64,000 bases of DNA from an uncultured Acidibacter sp. (GCA_964609065.1 CAZSRB010000002.1:27084-91083); one strand, 5' to 3'; numbered from the stretch's first letter, positions 18,568 to 27,653 are shown. Numbers and translations are program-made. Notes: generated by a model from the letters alone, not told the origin.

Positions 18568-19861
18568 GCGGCTCTAATAATTGCATGATGCGGGCCGTGG
18601 TGCCCCGATTACGTGCCACGACCTGCTGTCCTGCTTGACCGCGCTGCGCTCGCTCCTCGGGCGAGCGCGCTAAAGTCAGTAAGGCAGCCGTTAATTCGGC
18701 CGATGAATTGACTGCCTGCAAGCCACCGGCTGTATGCAGCGCATCAAAAATTTCTTGGGTATTGAAGACGTGAGGCCCCATCAACACGGGCACACCGAGG
18801 GCGGCGGGCTCCAAGGCATTATGCCCACCCACGCCCGGCAGCAAACTGCCCCCCACATAAGCGACATCCGCAGCCGCATAAAAACCCGCTAACTCGCCGA
18901 GAGTATCGAGCAACAGCACCTCGGGCGCGCTACGTGATGAATCAGCGCCTAAAGTCCGATCAGCCAGTCCCTCGGTCTTGGCCAAAGAATGACGCAGGAA
19001 GGGTGTCCCACTGCGACTGAGCGCTTGCGCGACTGCATCGAAGCGAGTGGGATGTCTCGGCGCTAACACGAATAGCGACTCAATGCCCGCGCGCCTAAGC
19101 GCCTCGCTCGCCTCGAGTAATGCACGCTCCTCGTATTCATAGGTGCTGCCAGCGACCACCACAAAACGCGACTCAGCACCATAATGCGCTCGCCATGCGC
19201 GCCCCGCCTCCACCGCGCCGACAGGCAAACTCGCGTCAAACTTGATATTACCCACCATATGCGTTCGCTCAGCAGGGGCGCCAATCTCCACAAAGCGCGC
19301 CGCATCATCGGCGCTTTGCGCGGCAATCACGAGACCATGACTCAAGGTTTCTCGAAACAGCACCACCAACCGTCGATACCGTGCAACCGATCGCGGCGAT
19401 ACAGCCGCGCTCGCCAACACGAGCGGGACATTTCGACGTCCACATTCACGGTAAAGATTCGGCCAAAGTTCCTTTTCGATAATAATCGCCACCTTGGGCT
19501 GAATACGATCAAAGAATCGACCCACTGCGCCCGGCAAATCATAGGGCAAATAGCGCAGCTCTACGCGATCCCCAAAGGCTGTCTGTCCACGCAGTCGACC
19601 CGTCGGGGTCACCGTGGTGAGCACTAAGGCGTGATCCGGGTAACGCACTGCTAAGGCGTTCACTAGCGGGATGGCCGCCTGAACCTCACCCACCGACACC
19701 GCGTGTATCCAGATCGATGGTCGAGCCAATCTTTGACCGAAACCGAGGCGCTGCGGCAAATCCTGCCAATAGGCCCGATCATTTAAGCCTCGCCAAAGAA
19801 ACCAAAGCATCACGAAGGGTGATAACGCATGCACTAGGATCTGATAGGCCAGCCTTATCAT
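18509..19861 (-). CDS. waaA: 3-deoxy-D-manno-octulosonic acid (Kdo) transferase
   Basis: IWIHAVSVGEV motif and GT30 pattern. Start ATG 19861 overlaps the kdkA stop (ATGA). It has a 59-bp convergent overlap with tolC. Confidence 0.9.
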   Translation of the reverse strand: MIRLAYQILVHALSPFVMLWFLWRGLNDRAYWQDLPQRLGFGQRLARPSIWIHAVSVGEVQAAIPLVNALAVRYPDHALVLTTVTPTGRLRGQTAFGDRVELRYLPYDLPGAVGRFFDRIQPKVAIIIEKELWPNLYRECGRRNVPLVLASAAVSPRSVARYRRLVVLFRETLSHGLVIAAQSADDAARFVEIGAPAERTHMVGNIKFDASLPVGAVEAGRAWRAHYGAESRFVVVAGSTYEYEERALLEASEALRRAGIESLFVLAPRHPTRFDAVAQALSRSGTPFLRHSLAKTEGLADRTLGADSSRSAPEVLLLDTLGELAGFYAAADVAYVGGSLLPGVGGHNALEPAALGVPVLMGPHVFNTQEIFDALHTAGGLQAVNSSAELTAALLTLARSPEERAQRGQAGQQVVARNRGTTARIMQLLEPLMSPRSTRSPTHPSSAASR

Positions 19862-20715
19862 CTCAGTCCATCCCGATAGCCGAGCAGCACGGCCGACCAC
19901 TGCTCATCGTTAAATGGGCGAGGCGACGCCAATGTCGCCTCAGACCCCTGATCAGATGGGTTTAATGAGTCGCATACCTTCAGCAAAGAACGCCTTAAGC
20001 GCGCAAGCACCGCGTCACACCAAAGACCAGGCGTACGTTGACGGCCCCGATCAAAATCGATCAACCAGAGGCCCTCTGGATTGATCAGAACGTTATGGGC
20101 ATTCAGATCGGCATGGTGGATCCCGACAGCATGGAAGCGCGCAACGAGTTGACCGAGTTCTCGCCAACGCGTCTCAGGCACCGCACCCTGCGCCAGTTCG
20201 CTCGCTAAGGTGTGGGAGTCTTCAATCGCCTCGGTCAATAAATCCCCTCGATACCAACGGCCTGTGCGCTCCACCCGTGCAGCCACCACGGTCGGCACGG
20301 GCAATGCAAGAGTTCGCATGGTTTGCAGCAGCTCAAATTCACGCCAGGGTCGCGTCTGCTCATCACGACTAAAAAGGTAGCGATCACCCCATAACTTAGC
20401 CATCAACCCGCCACGGCGATAGTGACGCAAGACCCAAATCTTTGAACTCGCTGCCTGAGCGGCCTCGCCCCTCGGGATCGGGCTCTCAACGAACCAAGTA
20501 TTGCCACGACCTTGGGCAACCGACCGCAGCGCGCCACGATCGCGCCAGTCATCGGGATCGAACCATGACGCCAATAATCTTGCTCGACTCGACGCCTCAG
20601 CAGCCGAAGACAGGTCGAGAAAATTGCCGACCCAGCGGGGGTCATATAGCATCACGCTCGCGCCATCGACGACGCGCTCGATCTTTTCACCGGATGTTGC
20701 ACCGCCGGACTGCAT
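19858..20715 (-). CDS. kdkA: Kdo kinase (3-deoxy-D-manno-octulosonic acid kinase)
   Basis: VLRHYRRGG, catalytic HHADLNAHNVLI and IDFDRG. Start ATG 20715 is chosen because about 20 aa precede the conserved (I/M)L(F/Y)D, as in remembered KdkA sequences. ATG 20652 or the 20772 start cannot be excluded. Confidence 0.82.
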   Translation of the reverse strand: MQSGGATSGEKIERVVDGASVMLYDPRWVGNFLDLSSAAEASSRARLLASWFDPDDWRDRGALRSVAQGRGNTWFVESPIPRGEAAQAASSKIWVLRHYRRGGLMAKLWGDRYLFSRDEQTRPWREFELLQTMRTLALPVPTVVAARVERTGRWYRGDLLTEAIEDSHTLASELAQGAVPETRWRELGQLVARFHAVGIHHADLNAHNVLINPEGLWLIDFDRGRQRTPGLWCDAVLARLRRSLLKVCDSLNPSDQGSEATLASPRPFNDEQWSAVLLGYRDGLR

Positions 20716-20716
20716 A

Positions 20717-21769
20717 ATGCTGCCGCTGACCGCCCCCCCTGAATCTGTGTGTTTACTTCGCCTGTCGGCCATCGGCGATACCTGTCATGTGGTACCCCTG
20801 TTGCGCCACTTACAGCAGGCCTGGCCTCAAACCCGTTTTACCTGGGTGATCGGCCGTACCGAAGCCAAATTAATGCAGCTGATACCCGAGGTGGAGTTTA
20901 TCACCGTGGATAAGCGCGCCGGCTGGCGGGGCTTACGCGAGCTCAGACGCGCCTGTCAGGGCCGACATTTTGACGTCTTGTTGCATCTGCAACTGGCCCT
21001 GCGCGCGAGCCTCTGTGCGGCGATGATTCCGGCGCGCCTGAAGCTGGGTTTTGATCGCGCGCGGGCGCGTGAGCTGCAGTGGCTCTTCACCGATTGCCAA
21101 ATCGCGGCTCGACGTGACGAACATGTACTCGATAGCCTCCTCGGCTTCGCGGCCGCGCTCGGCATACCCCCGTCAACAGCGCTCAATCGATCCATACCGC
21201 TGCCCGCTGAGGCGCTCGCCTATGCGCAACAACATATCCCCGATGAGGCGGCTCCGACCTTACTGATCAGCGCCTGCTCGAGCCATCGCCTTCGTAATTG
21301 GCGAACCGAGCGTTATGCAGAGGTCGCCCGCTATGCCATCGACCGATATGGCATGCGCGTGCTCCTCGTTGGGGGGCCAAGTACGCTTGAGCGCGAGACG
21401 GCCGAAGCGATTCAGTCCGCCTGCCCCGCCGCCATCAACCTGGTCGGTCGTGACACCTTGCCGCAGCTACTCGCCTTACTGAGCCGTGCGCGCGGCTTGC
21501 TTACCCCGGATTCGGGCCCTGCCCATATGGCAACACTGGTCGATACACCCGTGATCGGCCTCTACGCTGCTACGCGTTCGGCGCGCTCGGGACCCTACCT
21601 ATCCCAAGAATGGTGTGTGGATGTCTATGAGGAGGCGGCTGTTCGCTTCCGACAGCGCCCCGCCTCCGCCCTACCCTGGGGCCATAAAATTGAAGAGCCC
21701 GGGGTCATGGATCTCATCACCACAGAAGCAGTTTGCGCGCGACTCGATGCCTTGATGGCAAGCTCTTGA
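20717..21769 (+). CDS. Glycosyltransferase family 9 (LPS heptosyltransferase-like)
   Basis: N-terminal LLRLSAIGDTCH and C-terminal PDSGPAHMA motifs of GT9. Start is ATG 20717 or GTG 20747. Confidence 0.85.
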   Translation: MLPLTAPPESVCLLRLSAIGDTCHVVPLLRHLQQAWPQTRFTWVIGRTEAKLMQLIPEVEFITVDKRAGWRGLRELRRACQGRHFDVLLHLQLALRASLCAAMIPARLKLGFDRARARELQWLFTDCQIAARRDEHVLDSLLGFAAALGIPPSTALNRSIPLPAEALAYAQQHIPDEAAPTLLISACSSHRLRNWRTERYAEVARYAIDRYGMRVLLVGGPSTLERETAEAIQSACPAAINLVGRDTLPQLLALLSRARGLLTPDSGPAHMATLVDTPVIGLYAATRSARSGPYLSQEWCVDVYEEAAVRFRQRPASALPWGHKIEEPGVMDLITTEAVCARLDALMASS

Positions 21770-21781
21770 TAGCATGCGCGA

Positions 21782-22183
21782 ATGAAAGACATCCTCGTAC
21801 CTGTCTCGCCTGGCGAGATGCTCGATAAAATCACCATCCTGCGCATTAAATCTGCGCGCATGACGGATGCGATCAAGCTGCAAAACGTACGCCTTGAGCT
21901 GCAATTACTTGAGCAGACTTGGCGCGAAAGCGGTGCTGATGAATCTTTGGTGGCAGATGATATCGCTCAGTTACAACATGTGAACGAGCAGCTTTGGGAT
22001 ATTGAGGATCGGATTCGCGACAAGGAACTTGCGCAAAGCTTTGACGCGGAATTCATTGAGCTCGCGCGCGCGGTTTACGTCACCAACGATGAGCGAGCGG
22101 CGTTTAAAAAGCGCATCAATACGTCGCTTGGCTCCCGAATTGTCGAAGAGAAGTCTTACAAGCCCTACAAACCGAGCACTTAA
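21782..22183 (+). CDS. Conserved hypothetical protein (DUF6165-like by recollection)
   Basis: 133 aa, predicted helical. N-terminus PGEMLDKITILRIK resembles a small family I recall being found beside LPS-core genes. It sits 12 bp after the GT9 stop. Confidence 0.6.
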   Translation: MKDILVPVSPGEMLDKITILRIKSARMTDAIKLQNVRLELQLLEQTWRESGADESLVADDIAQLQHVNEQLWDIEDRIRDKELAQSFDAEFIELARAVYVTNDERAAFKKRINTSLGSRIVEEKSYKPYKPST

Positions 22184-22386
22184 CCCTGCAGAGTGTACTC
22201 AGCGCCGCAGTAAGGGCACTTCGCCCAGCCCGTTTTTTCAATGGGCAGATAAACCCGAGGGTGGGAGTTCCAGAGATGCATTTGCGGCATTGGACAAGAT
22301 AGCGGTAGATCCTCGCGGGTCACCACGTATTGATTCTGCGCGTTCGGCTGCAGCAAGGGTACGGTGGGATGAGTTTCGTTCGACAT
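22180..22386 (-). CDS. Small zinc-finger protein (zf-CHCC / NDUFS6 C-terminal-like)
   Basis: 68 aa ending LSCP..-x-..KCPYCGAEY. Start is ATG 22386, 22 bp after the glnE stop. Confidence 0.7.
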   Translation of the reverse strand: MSNETHPTVPLLQPNAQNQYVVTREDLPLSCPMPQMHLWNSHPRVYLPIEKTGWAKCPYCGAEYTLQG

Positions 22387-22408
22387 GTGTACATTATATC
22401 CGGAGCGC

Positions 22409-25270
22409 TTATGTCGCCGCATCTGCGAAACACGCAGCCCAGATGGCCTGCACCGCCGACCGCTCAGCAATGAATTCACTGTCTGGGACCACGGGTGTTT
22501 CCTCCCGTAACGATCGCAAGTGTCCCCGACTGCGGTAAGCACGGTACGCAGCCGTGAGGCAATCGACCGTATGCTGCACAACGAGATTGCCCGAGGCCAA
22601 GGTCTCTAGCTGTCGAATCGTGTCCGAAAACATAACGACAGCAGAGTGTGAAGCCGCCTCGCGCAGCGCCCAGTATTGCGCCAAAAATTCGATATCCGCC
22701 ATGCCGCCCGGGTCTTGCTTCAAGTCAAACTGACCCGACTTGGCGCGCGATAACTCGCGCCGCATCCGCTCGCGCATCTCGCGAACATCGTCCTTCAATC
22801 GCTCTCTACGCACATGATGCGTCAGGATATCGACCCGTAACCGCTCAAAGCGCTGACAGAGCGTGACATCGCCCGCCACGGCGCGCGCATGGAGCAGCGC
22901 TTGGTGCTCCCAGGTCCACGCCTCCTCACGCTGATAGTCGCCGAAAGCATCGATCTGCGTAATGAGCATCCCGCCCTTGCCGCTCGGACGTAAACGCACA
23001 TCGACTTCATATAAACGGCCCGCCGCCGAGTGCACGGTCAAGATATGAACGATGCGTTGCGCAAGACGTACAAAGAAAACCTGATTATCCACTGGCTTAG
23101 CCGCTTGAGTTTCCTGCTCACTACCCTGTGAGTCATGTAAAAACACCAAGTCGAGGTCTGAGCCGTAGCCGAGCTCCCAACCGCCGAGTTTGCCGTAACC
23201 GAGCGCACAAATATTGACCTCACGCAGTGCAGACTCGGGCGTGTCGCGACACTGAGGGACACCAAATTGCGTCGTCATTTGCGTCCACGCCTGACGCATC
23301 GCTTCGGCGATGATGAGCTCGGCGATATCCGTCAAGCGATCGGAGACTCGCATCACAGGGAGACTACCCGCGAGATCGGCAATCGCCACGCGAAAAACCG
23401 CAGCGCGTTTGAATTGCGCCAAGGCTTCCACTAAATGCTCGGGATCCGCATCCACTACCCTCGCGAGCCGATCCTCCAAATCCGCTGCCAAGGCCTCACG
23501 GCCAGGCGGTTCATTCAATGTTCGCTCATCGAGCAATTCATCTAGCAATAACGGATGCGCAGCCAGCTGGGCGACTAGGAAATCACCCGCCCGACAAATA
23601 CCAAGTAAACGATCACAGGCGACTGGATTTTCATTGAGTAAGGCGAAATACGCCGAGCGCCCACCGATGGCCTCCAAAATACGCAGCAATCGCCGAATAA
23701 GCACGAGTTGCTCATCGTCCGCAGTGATACGAATCAATAAGGCAGGCAATAAACGCTGTAATCTTTGAGCAGCAACACGCTCGAGACGACGCACTGGTCC
23801 ACTATCGCGAAAATCTATGAGCAGGCGGGCAATCGCGAGCGCTTCTTGCCCACCGCGCTCCTCGATTTGGGTGGCAAAGGCTTCAGCCTTCAGGCTATCG
23901 TCCCAAAGCAGCTGCCAGATGGAGCCGGTGTCGCTCGTTTGAGCGGCGCACTCGTCGGCCTCCGTGACCGGTGTGAATACGAGCGACTGAAACTGGGTCT
24001 GTACAAATTGCGTTTGCTGATCAAGCGTACTACGTAATGAAGCCCAATCAGTTTCGGCCATTGCCTGAGTCAAGCGGGACTGCGATGAAGTATCGGTGGG
24101 CAGGCTATGGGTCTGCGCATCGCGCAGCATCTGCAGACGATTTTCGAGCGTTCTCAGATATCGATACGCCTGCATTAAACCGCCTGCGACCTCAGCACTG
24201 AGGAGACGACTCCGCGCAAGTCGTGGTAAGACTGTCATGAGTTTCGGGGTTTGGAGGCGCCGATCCTGCCCACCTCGAATCAATTGCATCGCCTGCACAA
24301 TAAATTCGACTTCGCGAATACCGCCCGGACCCAATTTAAGATGATCGACCCACTCTTTACGCGCCACCTGCTGTTCAATCATCTGCTTCATGTCACGCAG
24401 ACTGTCGAACACCCCAAAGTCCAGATAGCGCCGATAAACAAATGGCCTTACGACTTCCTGATAGAGCGCTGCATAGTCTGCGACACCGGTAATCGCGCGC
24501 GCCTTGATCCACGCGTAACGCTCCCAATCGCGCCCATGCTGTAATAGATAATCCTCGAAAGCAGCAAAACTACAGGCAAGCGGCCCAGAGTCACCGAAGG
24601 GACGCAGACGCATGTCCACTCGAAATACAAAACCATCGACGGTGGGTGTGGCGAGTAAACGCAGCAGCGCCTGGCCTAGGCGAACAAAGAATTCTTCATG
24701 ACTGATTGATCGCTCGTGCTGTGTCTCCCCGTGCGCAGGGAATAAAAATACGAGATCAATATCGGAGGAAAAATTGAGCTCCCCTCCGCCGAGCTTACCC
24801 ATACCGATCACCACCAGCGGCATGGGGCTACCCGTCTCATCCCGCGCCTCACCGAAGCGCAATGAAAGCGCTTGTCGGGCGAAGCTCATCGCGGCCTCAA
24901 TCGCCTCATCCGCAAAATTCGATAAATCCGCGAGCGTCTCCTCGAGTGACGCCCGACCGGACAAATCTCGCCAAGCGATCCGCACCATCTCCCGTCGGCG
25001 CCAGCATCGCAACCAGCTCATCACCACAGCCTCTGTCGCGCCCGCATCGGGGCGTGCACCCTGAGGCCAACACAGCGATGACTCGCGTTTCAACTCGAGC
25101 GCACCCGATCGCGCAAAATCTGCCCACAAGGTCGCATCCCGTGCGAAACTTTCGGCCACAAACTCACTGCAACGCAGCACATGCTCAGCTTCGCTGCGCA
25201 AGGGGAGTGGGAAATCTTCTGCCTGCATGGTGCTGAACGACAAACCGCTTTGGAATGGGGGTCTCAGCAT
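22409..25270 (-). CDS. glnE: Bifunctional glutamine synthetase adenylyltransferase / adenylyl-removing enzyme
   Basis: Two nucleotidyltransferase cores are present: GKLGGGELNFSSDIDLVF and GKLGGWELGYGSDLDLVFLH. Neither ATG 25270 nor ATG 25228 has a clear SD. Confidence 0.93.
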   Translation of the reverse strand: MLRPPFQSGLSFSTMQAEDFPLPLRSEAEHVLRCSEFVAESFARDATLWADFARSGALELKRESSLCWPQGARPDAGATEAVVMSWLRCWRRREMVRIAWRDLSGRASLEETLADLSNFADEAIEAAMSFARQALSLRFGEARDETGSPMPLVVIGMGKLGGGELNFSSDIDLVFLFPAHGETQHERSISHEEFFVRLGQALLRLLATPTVDGFVFRVDMRLRPFGDSGPLACSFAAFEDYLLQHGRDWERYAWIKARAITGVADYAALYQEVVRPFVYRRYLDFGVFDSLRDMKQMIEQQVARKEWVDHLKLGPGGIREVEFIVQAMQLIRGGQDRRLQTPKLMTVLPRLARSRLLSAEVAGGLMQAYRYLRTLENRLQMLRDAQTHSLPTDTSSQSRLTQAMAETDWASLRSTLDQQTQFVQTQFQSLVFTPVTEADECAAQTSDTGSIWQLLWDDSLKAEAFATQIEERGGQEALAIARLLIDFRDSGPVRRLERVAAQRLQRLLPALLIRITADDEQLVLIRRLLRILEAIGGRSAYFALLNENPVACDRLLGICRAGDFLVAQLAAHPLLLDELLDERTLNEPPGREALAADLEDRLARVVDADPEHLVEALAQFKRAAVFRVAIADLAGSLPVMRVSDRLTDIAELIIAEAMRQAWTQMTTQFGVPQCRDTPESALREVNICALGYGKLGGWELGYGSDLDLVFLHDSQGSEQETQAAKPVDNQVFFVRLAQRIVHILTVHSAAGRLYEVDVRLRPSGKGGMLITQIDAFGDYQREEAWTWEHQALLHARAVAGDVTLCQRFERLRVDILTHHVRRERLKDDVREMRERMRRELSRAKSGQFDLKQDPGGMADIEFLAQYWALREAASHSAVVMFSDTIRQLETLASGNLVVQHTVDCLTAAYRAYRSRGHLRSLREETPVVPDSEFIAERSAVQAIWAACFADAAT

Positions 25271-25272
25271 AC

Positions 25273-25297
25273 AAAAAAGCCCCGCTCACGCGGGGCT
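25273..25297 (-). terminator. Rho-independent terminator with no upstream minus-strand gene
   Basis: On the minus strand the stem is AGCCCCGC/GCGGGGCT with a 4-nt loop, followed by TTTTTT and ending 2 nt before the glnE ATG. Confidence 0.6.
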
Positions 25298-25304
25298 ATA
25301 TATG

Positions 25305-25339
25305 ATGCGACGACCGGAGGGGGAGGAAGGTCATCGCAT
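25305..25339. other. Stable hairpin with a 13-nt homopurine/homopyrimidine loop (GGAGGGGGAGGAA on plus, UUCCUCCCCCUCC on minus)
   Basis: Stem ATGCGACGACC (25305-25315)/GGTCATCGCAT (25329-25339), 10 of 11 bp paired. Confidence 0.5.
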
Positions 25340-25443
25340 GCGTGTACGTTACGGGCCTGTCCCAGCGACGTCTGTACGCAGATGTACCTAAAGTGGGCGT
25401 TGAATGATGGCAAGGTATCGATCGTTAAAAAAGAGAGCGCCGT

Positions 25444-25971
25444 ATGGCTAGCTTGGATGCGAGTATGGACCCAACACAATTAAGCGATGTCAGTACGCAA
25501 GGAGTTAGCGTCGCTGCGTATCGTGATGCGATTAGCCGATTTTTGACGGGTGTTACGGTCGTCTCGACTGAATATGACGGGATCCGTCACGGCATTACGG
25601 CGAGCGCTGTAGCCTCGGTCACGCTTGAGCCGCCGACCGTCCTCATCTGCCTGAATCAATTATCGGCTACTGGACAAGCTGTCGCGCGTAGCGGGCATTT
25701 CGCCATCAATGTGCTTAACGACTCTCAACATTCCCTAGCACAACACTTTGCTAGCAAGCTCAGTGATAAATTTGCAGACATTGAATATACCCGCGGCGCT
25801 TTAGGTGATCCCTTACTCCCGTCGGCGTTAGCACAACTTGAGTGTGAAGTGAGTTCACACACCACCGTGGGCAGCCACTATATTTTCTTTGGTCGAGTCG
25901 TTGAAGTCGAGAGCACCTCAGGAGCGCCACTCGCTTACTTTAGAGGCCAGTTCATCCCACCTTTGGGCTAA
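25444..25971 (+). CDS. Flavin reductase (HpaC/RutF-like FMN-binding domain)
   Basis: FLTGVTVVST..HGITASAVASVTLEPPTVLICL pattern and about 175 aa. Confidence 0.85.
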   Translation: MASLDASMDPTQLSDVSTQGVSVAAYRDAISRFLTGVTVVSTEYDGIRHGITASAVASVTLEPPTVLICLNQLSATGQAVARSGHFAINVLNDSQHSLAQHFASKLSDKFADIEYTRGALGDPLLPSALAQLECEVSSHTTVGSHYIFFGRVVEVESTSGAPLAYFRGQFIPPLG

Positions 25972-27653
25972 GTCGGCGGTCTCGCGATCGGGACATCAGT
26001 CGGTAGCGCAGCCGCTAGACGTAATAACAGAGACTCGTCAAACGGCCGACCAATAAATTGCGCCCCGATGGGCAATCCCTGCGGATCGCGCCCAGCCGGA
26101 ATACTGATTGCGGGTAGCCCCAAAAAATTAATCGGTGCAGTACAGCGAACGAGTCTCGCTAAGATCGGCCACAGCGACTCGCCCGCCCCCACATCCGTTG
26201 CGTCCCGCCGCGGTACTAAAAGTGGAATCGTCGGTGTGAATAGGGCGTCACAATGACCAAAGACACGCTCCACAAACTCTTGCAGGATCGTCAAGCGCAA
26301 ACTCAGCGCCACTCCGTACACGGGCGCAGGGATACCGAGCCCAGTGCTCGCCCGCAAACGCACCTGCGGTGAGTAAGCGCCTGCCGACTCGCGCAACATG
26401 GCTGCGTGCAAAGCAGTGGCTTCGGCGTAAACCACGGCCCGACTGAGCTCCGCGAGTGAACTGACATCCGGCATCTCCACCGGCACAAATCGTGCGCCAG
26501 CGGTCTCTAGACGCGCTCGCACCTGATCGAGCGCCTTGCGTACCGGAAGATCCACATCTTCAAAGAAATAACGATCGGGAAGCCCTATGCGTACGCCCTC
26601 GATGGGTTGCTGCAAGGCCTGCTCAAAATCGGGGACGGGACGTGCACTGCAATACGGATCCGCGCCGTCGGCGCCCGCCACGATCGATAGCACTCGTGCA
26701 AGGTCACGCGCGGAACGCGCCATCGGCCCAATGACGTCGATGGAGGGAGACAAACGCATACTCCCCGTCCGCGGGATCAACCCATAGGTCGGCTTGAGCC
26801 CCAGCACACCGTTGACTGACGCGGGAATCCGCACCGACCCACCCGTGTCCGAACCCAGACTCGCAAACACGGCACCGCGCGCTACGGCGACAGCCGATCC
26901 ACTCGATGAGCCGCCCGAGATGTAGTCGGGGTGCCAGGCATTAGCGCAATCCCCTCGCGCGCCGTTGTGACCTGTCGCACCGAGCGCAAACTCCGCCATA
27001 TTGAGCGTACCGACCGTCACCGCGCCGGCGAGCTCGAGACGTTGAATCACCGTCGCGACCCCCGAGGACTGCAACCGAGACGGCACCTTCGAACCACAGC
27101 TTGGGCTGCGATAGCCGGCATCAGACGGCAGATTGAACATATCTTTGTGCGCCAAGGGTATCCCGAGTAGCGGCATCTGCCTCGCCATTTCCGGAGACTC
27201 TTTGACCAAGGTGTGTAACCAAGTAGCTCGCGCCCGTGCGGCATCGGCCTCGATGGATAACCAGGCATGCGTTTGTGACTGCATGGCCTGCGCGCGTTCT
27301 AAGGCAGCCTCGATTAGCCCATCAAACCCCTGATCTAGGTTTGTCAAAGTCGCGCGCGCTTCACACAGACTCAGCTCCAAGACCTCCGCGATGGCGTGGA
27401 TAGAGCTATCGGCTGAGCGAGTCGCACCGCTGCGCATCTCCCCTGACACCTCAGGCGCCAAAGATTCGAGCAACGCCAGATAGTCACCCGGTTCACCGGT
27501 GGCGCGTGCGCCCCAGTGCCGCGAAGCATGAGCCACTGCGTCGACCGCTGCCTGCGCGCCGGAAGCAATACGCTCGGCCATCTGCGGGGCGAGCTCAATA
27601 CCGAGCGCCTCAGCCGCAGAGACCACGGCGGACGCGGGGATCCTCATGCTCAT
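25968..27653 (-). CDS. Amidase-signature hydrolase with a roughly 80-aa N-terminal extension (GatC/AtzG-like)
   Basis: AS motifs GIPLAHKDMF and GGSSSGSAVAVA, with GSDTGGSVRIP. Start ATG 27653 overlaps the stop of the upstream LLM gene (ATGA). Confidence 0.88.
   Translation of the reverse strand: MSMRIPASAVVSAAEALGIELAPQMAERIASGAQAAVDAVAHASRHWGARATGEPGDYLALLESLAPEVSGEMRSGATRSADSSIHAIAEVLELSLCEARATLTNLDQGFDGLIEAALERAQAMQSQTHAWLSIEADAARARATWLHTLVKESPEMARQMPLLGIPLAHKDMFNLPSDAGYRSPSCGSKVPSRLQSSGVATVIQRLELAGAVTVGTLNMAEFALGATGHNGARGDCANAWHPDYISGGSSSGSAVAVARGAVFASLGSDTGGSVRIPASVNGVLGLKPTYGLIPRTGSMRLSPSIDVIGPMARSARDLARVLSIVAGADGADPYCSARPVPDFEQALQQPIEGVRIGLPDRYFFEDVDLPVRKALDQVRARLETAGARFVPVEMPDVSSLAELSRAVVYAEATALHAAMLRESAGAYSPQVRLRASTGLGIPAPVYGVALSLRLTILQEFVERVFGHCDALFTPTIPLLVPRRDATDVGAGESLWPILARLVRCTAPINFLGLPAISIPAGRDPQGLPIGAQFIGRPFDESLLLRLAAALPTDVPIARPPT

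Noticed and set aside
20501-20772. Long N-terminal extensions of the GT9 gene (start 20501) and kdkA (start 20772), overlapping each other by about 270 bp
   Set aside because: The extensions are not family-like. Conserved N-termini begin at MLPLTAPPESVCLLRLSAIGD (GT9) and about 20 aa before MLYD (KdkA).
22002-22538. 178-aa plus-strand ORF overlapping the DUF6165-like gene, the zinc-finger gene and the glnE 3' end
   Set aside because: It is an alternate frame across three better-supported genes and has Arg/Ser-rich composition.
25181-25483. 100-aa plus-strand and 71-aa minus-strand ORFs spanning the glnE / flavin-reductase intergenic region
   Set aside because: They overlap the glnE N-terminus and the flavin reductase start, have no SD or motif, and cross two strong RNA hairpins. 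The region is better explained as non-coding or regulatory.
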